A stretch of 32,000 nt of DNA from assembly GCF_018398935.1 (NCBI RefSeq), contig NZ_CP074694.1, forward strand, positions 3,060,001 to 3,092,000. Direction: 5' to 3'. The notes beneath the pieces are model-generated. The model was not told where the DNA came from and did not search any database. It worked only from the letters and a program-made list of their open reading frames with translations. The stretch comes from Telmatocola sphagniphila (GTDB lineage Bacteria > Planctomycetota > Planctomycetia > Gemmatales > Gemmataceae). The translations under genes and the position numbers were made by a program. This document shows, piece by piece, positions 8,646 to 16,636 of the stretch (position 1 is its first letter; each line of letters starts with the position of its first letter).

Positions 8646-10262
8646 TTTACCGAAGAGGTCCTGAATATCGGGACAGACCAGATGCGTTTTCCAATGATCG
8701 CTGGAAGTTGGAAAATCGCTGCGGAAATGCGTGCCCCGCGATTCCGTGCGCTTCAGCGCGGAATCGATCATTGCCCGGGCAACCGTCAGCAAATTCTGCA
8801 GTTCCCAGCCCTTCTGAGTGTCGAACTGCTTCACCAGAGCATAGCGGCACCAGAAATCGACATCCTGACGGGCTTCGGTCATCCGCTCCTTAGAACGGAC
8901 GATTCCCATCTTTCGAACCATCAAGCTCCGGAGAGAGTTGGTCATATCGTCGATATCCAACCATTGCTTGGCGTAAGGTTCGATTTCGAATTTGAACGCT
9001 GCGACCGAGTTTAGGACTCCTCCTTCGCGTACGGCACGGACAGCCCCGTGAGCGCAGAGAGACCCGTAGACCAAGCCCTCGATCAGACTATTGGAAGCCA
9101 ACCGATTCGCCCCGTGTAAACCGCTGGAAGTGACCTCCCCTGCCGCCCAAAGATTGCGAACGGAGGTCCGTCCAGTCTCGTCGACCACGATACCCCCGAT
9201 CATATAGTGGGCCCCGGGTCGCACGGGAATACGGTCCTTGGTAATATCCAGCCCGAAAGTCTTGCAAACTTTGGCAATTCCGGGGAATCTCTTATGAGTC
9301 ATCGCGGGATCGAGATGAGAAAGATCCAGATAGACGTTGGGATGTTGCGTGCGTTCCATGCATCGAAAAATTGCTTGCGAAACGATATCGCGGGGGGCCA
9401 ATTCCGCCCGAGGATCGTCCTTCAGCATGAATCGTTCGCCGTTCACATCGCGAAGGTAGGCCCCTTCGCCCCGGACGGCTTCGCTGATCAAATGGCGTGC
9501 CGATCCGGCGACATAAAGTACGGTCGGGTGAAACTGCATAAACTCCATGTCTTGGAGTTTCGCCCCCGCACGGTAAGCGGCGGCCATACCATCCCCTGTT
9601 GCCACGGGAGGATTGGTCGTCTCCCGGTAAACCATGCCGCAACCGCCCGAAGCCAGAATCACCTGGCGGGCCCAGATCATCACTTTTCCCATCGGCTCCT
9701 TGTAAACCAGGGCACCGAGACATTCGTTTTCTTTTGTCAGCAAATCGAGCGTAAACGTGCCATCCAGAAGTTCGATATTGGGAGCGGCCTTCGCCCGCTC
9801 GATAAGAGCCCGCATCACCTCCCAACCCGTGGCATCGCCTAAAGCGTGCACGATACGGCGATGGCTGTGTCCCCCCTCCCGGGTGAGGGCGAGTTCCCCA
9901 TTTTCGCGATCGAAAATCGTACCGAATTTGACGAGATCGGCGATTTGTTGCGGAGCTTCGCGAATCACCATCTCGACGATTGCCGGATCGCACAGCCCGG
10001 CGCCCGCGACCAGAGTATCATCAATGTGATTTTCGAACGTATCCTCGGGGGATAGAACGCCGGCAATACCTCCTTGAGCATAGGAGGAATTGCTTTCCCG
10101 AAGTTTGTCCTTGGTGATTAGCAGAACTTGTAAGTCACTGGGAATCTCCAGTGCGGCCCGGATGCCAGCGATGCCCGCTCCGATAATCAGCACATCGGCG
10201 AAGCGATGGTATTCGCGGCGGGTATCAAAAGAGACTAGAAATCTATTGGGAACCATACCCAA
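8643..10262 (-). CDS. nadB: L-aspartate oxidase
   Basis: 539 aa. FAD motif 'DVLIIGAGIAGIRAAL'. 'SSYAQGGIAGV', 'LTREGGHSHRRIVHA' and 'ESRGTHFRSDFP' are near-identical to conserved NadB blocks. Confidence 0.95.
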   Translation of the reverse strand: MGMVPNRFLVSFDTRREYHRFADVLIIGAGIAGIRAALEIPSDLQVLLITKDKLRESNSSYAQGGIAGVLSPEDTFENHIDDTLVAGAGLCDPAIVEMVIREAPQQIADLVKFGTIFDRENGELALTREGGHSHRRIVHALGDATGWEVMRALIERAKAAPNIELLDGTFTLDLLTKENECLGALVYKEPMGKVMIWARQVILASGGCGMVYRETTNPPVATGDGMAAAYRAGAKLQDMEFMQFHPTVLYVAGSARHLISEAVRGEGAYLRDVNGERFMLKDDPRAELAPRDIVSQAIFRCMERTQHPNVYLDLSHLDPAMTHKRFPGIAKVCKTFGLDITKDRIPVRPGAHYMIGGIVVDETGRTSVRNLWAAGEVTSSGLHGANRLASNSLIEGLVYGSLCAHGAVRAVREGGVLNSVAAFKFEIEPYAKQWLDIDDMTNSLRSLMVRKMGIVRSKERMTEARQDVDFWCRYALVKQFDTQKGWELQNLLTVARAMIDSALKRTESRGTHFRSDFPTSSDHWKTHLVCPDIQDLFGK

Positions 10263-10294
10263 TAGTGTAGGGAGTAAACGGTTGCTGAATCGAG

Positions 10295-13200
10295 CTACTT
10301 CGGATCCCCGGAACCGGAAGCCGATCCCGAAGTGGCCCGCTTGTAGGCGTCGTCGAAACCCGGAGGAGCGTTACCGCGGGTTCCGCGCTCAGTTTTGGAG
10401 TCGGAATTTCCTTCGAGCTTGATGGTTTCGCTGCCGCGATTGAGCATACTGGCCCCTTTGGAGCGGGAACCCGATTTCGCTTCCTTCTTTTCCAGCTCCA
10501 CCAGTCGCTGGCGTTCGCGGTTTAAGGCTTCTTCGGCCGATTTCAGGAACTGCTCGTACTGTTCGGGGGTCATTTCGACCTGTTTCAGCATTTCCTTGTT
10601 CGACTTATTTTTGCGGAAATCCTCCAACTGCAGTTCCGCGGCCTTGACCTTATTTTTAAGATCAGCCACCATCGGATCGATCTTATCCTCACCGCCTCCG
10701 GAAGCGGGATTGACTGGGAGTTCGCCCTTCAAATTGCCATCCTTGGGAGCCTTGCCGCCGAGTTTATTGCCTTCCTGATCCTTCTTGGCCAGTTCGCCCT
10801 TGTCCATCTTGGGATCTTTGGAATTTTTGGGATCGGCTTTAGGATCCTGTTTCGGATCCCCCTGGGCAGTATCCTCCTTGCCCTCTTTCCCTTTAGAAGC
10901 GGCATTATCGCCCTCTTTCTTGGCCGCGTCGTTCTTACCTTCCTTGCCTCTGGGTGCTGGCTCTTTGTCCTTGGGTCGATTTTGAGCCAATTCATCGGCC
11001 TTTTTCTTCAGTTCCTGCAGACCCTTCTGAACTTCCGGATCCTGCATCTGTTTGGCGAGATCCTGCATCATCTTCTGCATTTCAGGATCTTTCTTCAGCA
11101 GATCCTGAAGTTCCTTCGCGGCCTGTTCCTGCTGTTTCTGATCCTTGGCCTGTTGAGCCAGATCTTTTAAGTCGTTCTTTCGAGCTTGATCCATGGCGTT
11201 TTTCATCGCCTCTTCCAGGTTCTTCCGCTTTTCCGGATCCTTGGCCTGATCGAGCATATCTTTCATCATCTTGCCGGCCATGTCTCGGGTTTTAGGATCC
11301 TTCATGAGATCGGCGATATTCTGCTTCTGCTGGTCGGAGGATTTCTCGCCAGATTTCTGAGCAGAATCTTTCAGACTGTCCTGCCGAGCTTTATCGGCAG
11401 CATTCCGCAATTCCTGAGCGGCCTCGGGATTTTTCTTCTCCATCTGGTCGGCCAGTTTCTCGGCTTGCTGGCGATTTTTCGGATCTTTCAGCATCTCCTC
11501 GAGATCCTTTTTCGCCTGCTCGGTGGATTGGCCGCCGTCATTCTTTTCCGTGTTTCCAGTGGCGTTTTTCTGCGTCTTATCGCCGTCTTTGGGTGCGTTC
11601 TGGTTCGGATCTTTGTTCTCGGGCTTACTTTGCTTCTTGGTCAGACGGTCGACATCCTTTTCCATTTTCTCCTGGGCTTTGGCGTTATCGCGAGCCTCGT
11701 CCACTTTATTTTTCAAGTCGTTTCGCGTCTGATCGTTCGGGGCATTCTTTTCCCATTCTTTCGCTTTCTTCTCCGCCTCGGCTCTCAGCTTCTCATCGCG
11801 TAACAAGCGTTCGAGCCGGTCCTGCTTGGCTTTGTCGAATTTGGCGTCCTTACTGTTCATTTCTCGGTCGAGCTGATTCATCTCCTGCTGGAGATCAGGC
11901 TGTTCCGAGCCGCCTTCGTTCGATTTACCTCCCGACTGCTTCGTATTCTGTTTACCGGGCTCGTTTTTCGCCTGTTGATTGGCTGCGCGATTTTGCTGAG
12001 CCTGCTCCATTTTCTGAGCCGCTTCCTTCCCGGCCTGAGGATCGTTCTTTTCGAGGTTCTTCTGTTCCTTGGCTGCCTGCTCCTGATCGCGGGGGTTATT
12101 CGATTCGGCGTTTTTAGCAATCTGATCGACGTTTTCCTTCTGGCCTTTCTGAGCCGAATCCTTCATCTGTTTCTGGAAATCTTCCTTCTTCTTCTCATCG
12201 CCCGCGTTCTTGGCCAGATCGTCCTTCATCTTCTCGGCCATCTGGCGCGTTGCCGGATCCTGCATCAGTTTGTCCATCTCCTTTTTGCCCTCGGCCTGCC
12301 GATTGGGATCGTCCGATTGCATCTTGGAGGCGGCTTCTTTGAGATTATTTTCCCGGCCCTTATTCATGGAATTTTCGAGTGCCTGCTGCTGCTGTTGAGC
12401 ACCACCCTCACTCTTCTGATTAGCTTTTTCCTCCGCCAACTTCTGACCATTTTGCCGGGAATCCGGGTTCTGCATCTTCTGATCCAGATCCCGCTGCGCT
12501 TTTTGAGCCTCCTGGGGATCGGGGGATTTCGACTTCTTGGAAAGCTGATCGATATCCTCTTTCTCCTGGGCATTCTTCTTGGTTTGCTCAACATCCTTTT
12601 CAAAGTCTCGCTTCTTCTGGGGATCCTGGATGTCGTTCTTCATCTTGTCCAGTTCGTTCTGCATTTCCTGCTTTTTCTTCGGATCCCGTAACAGACGATC
12701 GACATCCTCTTTCTGCCGGCTATTCATCTTGTAGTCTTTGGAGGCGATTTCCCGGGAAAGTTCGCCCGGTTCGGGCGGAGTGCCTTGCTGGGAATTCTTC
12801 TCATCCGGTTTGCCCGGTGAACCGGGGCCCGATTCCGACTTCGACGGGTTCGACTGATCTTTCTTGGGATCAGCCGATTCCTTGGGCATTGGGGCGGTTT
12901 CGGATTTTTCGTCCGATTTGCGGCCGGGATCATTCTTTGTCCCGTCGGCCTTCGGCTGAGGATTACTTCCCTTGACGGGTTGCGATTTGGGACTTCCTGA
13001 CTCTCCGGGCATTGGGGACTGCTCCGGAGGATTGTTCGATTCCTTGCCCGATGGATCTTTTTTGGCCTGCGTATTCTTGTCGTTCAAAGCTTTCTGAATT
13101 CTGTCGGCCTGGCGCTGGAGTTCTTTATCCTTTTCGGATTCGCCACCGGATTCCGAACCTGGTTTTGTGTCCTTGTCGTCGACCCCTTTATTTTCCTTAT

Positions 13201-15481
13201 TCGGCATGGCCTTTGGGTCGGCTTTGCGGTTCTTTTTCTCAGCGCCGGGCTGATTATTGGAATTCTCCGAACCCGGATCGCGACTTTGCGTTTTCTGATC
13301 GTTCGAATTACCCTGGCCGGGATTCTTCCCAGGTTGATCCTGGGCATTCGGATCCTTCTTGGGCACCTCGGGCTGGCCGTTGGCATTTTTGGGTTCTCCA
13401 GGTTGATTCTCCCCGGGCTGTTTGGGCTCCGGCTGGGCCGGATCGCGCTTTTCTTCCTCGTTCTTCTTGTCCTGCTGCGCGTCGAATTGCTGCTTTTCCT
13501 TGGCGAATTCCTCGCGTTTTTTCTGTTGTTGCTGAACCTTGTCTGCCGCTTTTGCGGGCGCGAGGATCTTGACTTTCTGACGATTGGAATAGCCCCGGTT
13601 AGGCCCCGGCGGTACGTCGCAATTGTCGATGGCTTCGAGCCAGTACTCGATGATCATGCCTTCGGCGATCTGGAATTTGGGATCGAAGCCGCGGAGTTGA
13701 CTCAGTTCCACCTGATCCTTATAGTTCAGGAGAGTGGGGTAGGAATTATCCTTCTCTCGCTTGAATTCCTTCCCATCGCGATAGGGTTTTTCCTTCAACG
13801 CTTCGACGCGCGGCGCGACCACTTCCATTCTCAGATTCATACGGCTGATGCCGTGGTCGTCGGTGGCGATTCCTTCGACTTTCAAGGTGTCGTTCAAAGG
13901 CAACTCGATCATTTCTTCCTTGGGCAAAGTGATCCGAACTTGAGGAAGTTCATCGCGGAGCACGCGAATAACTAGCGGCCGGGGATCGGATTCCCCTTCT
14001 CCCGTGGTGGGAGTAAATCGAATTACGCAGGTTTTATCTTCGTCGAGTTTGGGCAGCTTGAATTTCAGGGCCATCGGTTGATCTGGGATCGGTTCGCCGA
14101 CAACCTCCAGAGTCGCCTTGTTGATCTCATCGGGAATTAGAAGCCGCCCGGATTTCACAGGCCGATTACCATAGGCCGTGATCGTCACTTCGGTGCCTCG
14201 GATAGCTTCGATGTCCGGAGTTTTCTCATTTTCCAGCATCTGCATTTTCCAGCGCAGATATTCGGGATACTGGAACTTCAAATCGAACTTGGTGAAAACC
14301 GGCTTGGCATCCAGAAGCGCGATCCGATATTTCTGCGGGTCGCTGTTTCGATCTCCTTCGGTGGTGGTGAAGAAAATTCGATAGCCGCCGTTCTTTTCCA
14401 TGGGGAATCGGAATAGGAGTGCGTCCGGACGATCGGCCGGAATCTCGGCATCATAAGTTCGCGGCTGCCCTTCGATTTGCAGGTAGCCGCTTTTCACCGT
14501 GCGGTTGGTGCTGGCCAGCAGTGTAACTTCCGTGCCGTAGTAGTTGAAGAGATTCGGGTCGTTGGTCTTTTCATCCGGCTTACCGAGATAAGCGGGCAGC
14601 TTGTAAATCACATCGAATCCGGTCAAAATCGGAATGATTTTGCAGGTGATGTGATGTTTGGGTGTCTCCACGCCAGCGGCGCGAAGCTGGTAATCGAAGC
14701 CTTTACGAACCTGATTCCCTTTGACGGTGATGCCCCAAAGTCGGCGATCATCAACGGAAACGTCCAGGGCGCGATCTTCGAAGTTTTCGGGATCCTCCGG
14801 ATTGTACCAGATGCGAAGTTTGGCAGAGTCCGGATCGGTCGCTTTGGGAATCCGGCCGAGAATACGAACCTCGAAACGTATGTCCTCCCCAGAGAAGACT
14901 GTGGTATCGCCTTCCTTAGGAGTTTCCTGCACAAGATCCGTACGGGTCGGTGGCAGGAAGAAAACAACTGCCGCGCCCAGCGCAAAGAAGCCGGCGAGGC
15001 AGGCCGTCCAGAGGAAGGATTTCGCCTCGCCAATTTTGGTCAGGTCGGCCTGCTTCAGATCTTTGGCGGCTTTAGCACTGAGAGCGACTTTGATGGACGG
15101 GGCAACCTTTTCATCCTCGTGCAAGTCAATCCAGTTCACCACACTATTTTTGTGATCGGCGATGGCCTCTTCAACTTTACGCGCCGCATAGTAGGGATTG
15201 ATGGTGTTGCGACTTTTGCGAAACAGCTGGATGTAGGCATAGATCCCAGATATAAGCAGGAAGCAACTCAAGGCCGCCCAACCAACACCCGGCTTCGTGG
15301 AAACGTAGCGGTCGATGAGTAATGCGACAAAAAGAAATAGGAAGAACGAAGCCAGTACAGTCAGCGAAACCGAGAGGATATCGACCAGACGTATCCTCTT
15401 GCGAACTTCTTCGATCTGTTTGCCAACAAATTCTTCGTATTTAGACGCATTTGCCTTCGGGGCGTCGAGCAGCGTGGCCAT
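10295..15481 (-). CDS. Giant (~1730 aa) 3-TM membrane protein: repeated beta-rich extracytoplasmic modules plus a ~950-aa K/E/Q/D/N/P polyampholyte tail (DUF4175-like architecture, from memory)
   Basis: ORF 10295..15511 begins at a TTG. The ATG at 15481 (MATLLDAPK...) is preferred and sits ~47 nt downstream of a TTCAAA-N16-TATAAT promoter-like site. TM helices: ILSVSLTVLASFFLFLFVALLI, WAALSCFLLISGIYAYIQLF, FLWTACLAGFFALGAAVVFFL. Internal module repeat: GTEVTLLASTNRTVKSGYL / GTEVTITAYGNRPVKSGRL. Confidence 0.85.
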   Translation of the reverse strand: MATLLDAPKANASKYEEFVGKQIEEVRKRIRLVDILSVSLTVLASFFLFLFVALLIDRYVSTKPGVGWAALSCFLLISGIYAYIQLFRKSRNTINPYYAARKVEEAIADHKNSVVNWIDLHEDEKVAPSIKVALSAKAAKDLKQADLTKIGEAKSFLWTACLAGFFALGAAVVFFLPPTRTDLVQETPKEGDTTVFSGEDIRFEVRILGRIPKATDPDSAKLRIWYNPEDPENFEDRALDVSVDDRRLWGITVKGNQVRKGFDYQLRAAGVETPKHHITCKIIPILTGFDVIYKLPAYLGKPDEKTNDPNLFNYYGTEVTLLASTNRTVKSGYLQIEGQPRTYDAEIPADRPDALLFRFPMEKNGGYRIFFTTTEGDRNSDPQKYRIALLDAKPVFTKFDLKFQYPEYLRWKMQMLENEKTPDIEAIRGTEVTITAYGNRPVKSGRLLIPDEINKATLEVVGEPIPDQPMALKFKLPKLDEDKTCVIRFTPTTGEGESDPRPLVIRVLRDELPQVRITLPKEEMIELPLNDTLKVEGIATDDHGISRMNLRMEVVAPRVEALKEKPYRDGKEFKREKDNSYPTLLNYKDQVELSQLRGFDPKFQIAEGMIIEYWLEAIDNCDVPPGPNRGYSNRQKVKILAPAKAADKVQQQQKKREEFAKEKQQFDAQQDKKNEEEKRDPAQPEPKQPGENQPGEPKNANGQPEVPKKDPNAQDQPGKNPGQGNSNDQKTQSRDPGSENSNNQPGAEKKNRKADPKAMPNKENKGVDDKDTKPGSESGGESEKDKELQRQADRIQKALNDKNTQAKKDPSGKESNNPPEQSPMPGESGSPKSQPVKGSNPQPKADGTKNDPGRKSDEKSETAPMPKESADPKKDQSNPSKSESGPGSPGKPDEKNSQQGTPPEPGELSREIASKDYKMNSRQKEDVDRLLRDPKKKQEMQNELDKMKNDIQDPQKKRDFEKDVEQTKKNAQEKEDIDQLSKKSKSPDPQEAQKAQRDLDQKMQNPDSRQNGQKLAEEKANQKSEGGAQQQQQALENSMNKGRENNLKEAASKMQSDDPNRQAEGKKEMDKLMQDPATRQMAEKMKDDLAKNAGDEKKKEDFQKQMKDSAQKGQKENVDQIAKNAESNNPRDQEQAAKEQKNLEKNDPQAGKEAAQKMEQAQQNRAANQQAKNEPGKQNTKQSGGKSNEGGSEQPDLQQEMNQLDREMNSKDAKFDKAKQDRLERLLRDEKLRAEAEKKAKEWEKNAPNDQTRNDLKNKVDEARDNAKAQEKMEKDVDRLTKKQSKPENKDPNQNAPKDGDKTQKNATGNTEKNDGGQSTEQAKKDLEEMLKDPKNRQQAEKLADQMEKKNPEAAQELRNAADKARQDSLKDSAQKSGEKSSDQQKQNIADLMKDPKTRDMAGKMMKDMLDQAKDPEKRKNLEEAMKNAMDQARKNDLKDLAQQAKDQKQQEQAAKELQDLLKKDPEMQKMMQDLAKQMQDPEVQKGLQELKKKADELAQNRPKDKEPAPRGKEGKNDAAKKEGDNAASKGKEGKEDTAQGDPKQDPKADPKNSKDPKMDKGELAKKDQEGNKLGGKAPKDGNLKGELPVNPASGGGEDKIDPMVADLKNKVKAAELQLEDFRKNKSNKEMLKQVEMTPEQYEQFLKSAEEALNRERQRLVELEKKEAKSGSRSKGASMLNRGSETIKLEGNSDSKTERGTRGNAPPGFDDAYKRATSGSASGSGDPK
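10700..13560 (-). repeat. Low-complexity polyampholyte coding region with degenerate super-repeats
   Basis: About 950 codons almost devoid of hydrophobic residues. Seven copies of a [DE]x[LM][LM][KQR]DPxx[RK]Q..K[LM]-like motif (RLLRDPKKKQEMQ, KLMQDPATRQMAEKM, RLLRDEKLRAEAEKK, EMLKDPKNRQQAEKL, DLMKDPKTRDMAGKM, DLLKKDPEMQKMM, KQMQDPEVQKGL). Four copies of (K/E)(E/K)(D/N)(V/I)D(R/Q)(L/I). Confidence 0.85.
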
Positions 15482-15534
15482 GCGATAGTCTCTCTCGATG
15501 AATCCGGCCAATAATCCGGGGATGATACTAATTA

Positions 15535-15562
15535 ATTATAGTTCGGCGTCCCAGGATTTGAA
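15535..15562 (-). promoter_or_regulatory. Sigma70-like promoter candidate for the giant minus-strand gene
   Basis: Minus strand reads TTCAAA (15562-15557), then 16 nt, then TATAAT (15540-15535). It overlaps the perfect palindrome TAATTAATTA (15529-15538) and lies in the 100-bp gap between the psuG stop and the giant gene. Confidence 0.35.
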
Positions 15563-15611
15563 ACGGATCTGTACCTAACTATTTCGACGAGTGAGAATCC
15601 CCCGAAGTTGT

Positions 15612-16601
15612 TTATTTCGGTGGATTTTCCCGGTCATCGCCCTGTAATTTCCCATGCTCGACGGCAATTTCCGCCGCTAAGCGGGCATTTTCCACAATCA
15701 AACCGCGATTCGCCTTCAATGTCCGCCCTTCACTGAGTTCGGCAATCCGCTTCAAAAGAAACGGCGTCAGTGCCGATCCGGCGATGTTGAGTCGTTCGGC
15801 ATCCCTCTCCGCCCGATTCAACCAGGTCAGAAAATCATCCGGCTCAATCGATAAATCCCGTGAAATCGGATTCGTAACGAGAATGCTGTCCTGAGTGAAT
15901 GCCGAGAGCTCGGCGATCTCTCGCGGGGTATCGAGCCTGAACGGTACGGGCAAGCCGCTGGAACTGACGTAAAAGGCCGGGAATTCCTCGGTCCGATAAC
16001 CAATCACGGCGATGCCGAAAGTTTCCAGAAGCTCCAGCGTATTCGGCAAATCGAGAATATTTTTCGCTCCAGAGCAAACTACGGTCGTTCTTATCCGGGT
16101 GAGTTCGAACAAGTCGTTGGAAATGTCAAAACGCGGGGCGGGGGAACGGTGCACGCCGCCAATGCCTCCCGTGGCGAAAAACTGAATGTGGGCTTCTTCG
16201 GCAATCCGGCAGCTGGCTGCCACGGTGGTGGCGGCATCCAGTTTTTTCACTCGCAACCAGGCCAGATCCCTGCTGCTGGCTTTTCGAATCTCTTTAGAAT
16301 TCGCGAAGAACTCGATCTGCTTTGGATTCAAACCGATGACTGGCTCACCTTGAAGCACCCCGATTGTAGCGGGAATCGCCCCGGCCGCCCGGACGGCCGC
16401 CTCCGCGGCCAGGGCAGTTTCCAGATTCGTTGGATAGGGCAAGCCGTGGGAAATCAACGTCGATTCCAGTGCAACAATGGGAAGCCCCTGATCCCGGGCG
16501 GAATTGATTTCCTCGCTACAAAAATTGCGGTAGGGTTTGAATTCCATCGGACTCATACGGACCTCAGCGGTTGATATCTCACTCAAATCGTCTAGCATCA
16601 A
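15612..16601 (-). CDS. psuG: Pseudouridine-5'-phosphate glycosidase
   Basis: 'IVALESTLISHGLPYP', 'FATGGIGGVHR', 'TVVCSGAKNILDLPNTLELLETFGI' and 'ALTPFLLKRIAELSEGRTLKAN' match PsuG/YeiN (indigoidine synthase A-like) blocks. The start is ambiguous: ATG at 16601, or the internal ATG at 16556 (MSPMEF...). Confidence 0.9.
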   Translation of the reverse strand: MMLDDLSEISTAEVRMSPMEFKPYRNFCSEEINSARDQGLPIVALESTLISHGLPYPTNLETALAAEAAVRAAGAIPATIGVLQGEPVIGLNPKQIEFFANSKEIRKASSRDLAWLRVKKLDAATTVAASCRIAEEAHIQFFATGGIGGVHRSPAPRFDISNDLFELTRIRTTVVCSGAKNILDLPNTLELLETFGIAVIGYRTEEFPAFYVSSSGLPVPFRLDTPREIAELSAFTQDSILVTNPISRDLSIEPDDFLTWLNRAERDAERLNIAGSALTPFLLKRIAELSEGRTLKANRGLIVENARLAAEIAVEHGKLQGDDRENPPK

Positions 16602-16636
16602 TTTATCAATTGTTTCAAGCGGGATACGCCTTTACT

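Noticed and set aside
10395-13975. Many plus-strand ORFs (e.g. 10395..10778, 11186..11803, 11975..12691, 13012..13572, 13286..13975) opposite the giant minus-strand gene
   Set aside because: They are shadow ORFs. The K/E/Q/D codons of the polyampholyte region have stop-free reverse complements (YTT, YTC, YTG, RTC), which gives long Leu/Phe-rich antisense frames with no starts, RBS or recognisable motifs.
15482-15511. TTG at 15511 as the start of the giant gene, and TTG at 16571 as the start of the rhomboid gene
   Set aside because: The in-frame ATGs at 15481 and 16637 are better placed relative to the promoter-like site and avoid overlap with psuG. The TTG extensions add no recognisable sequence.
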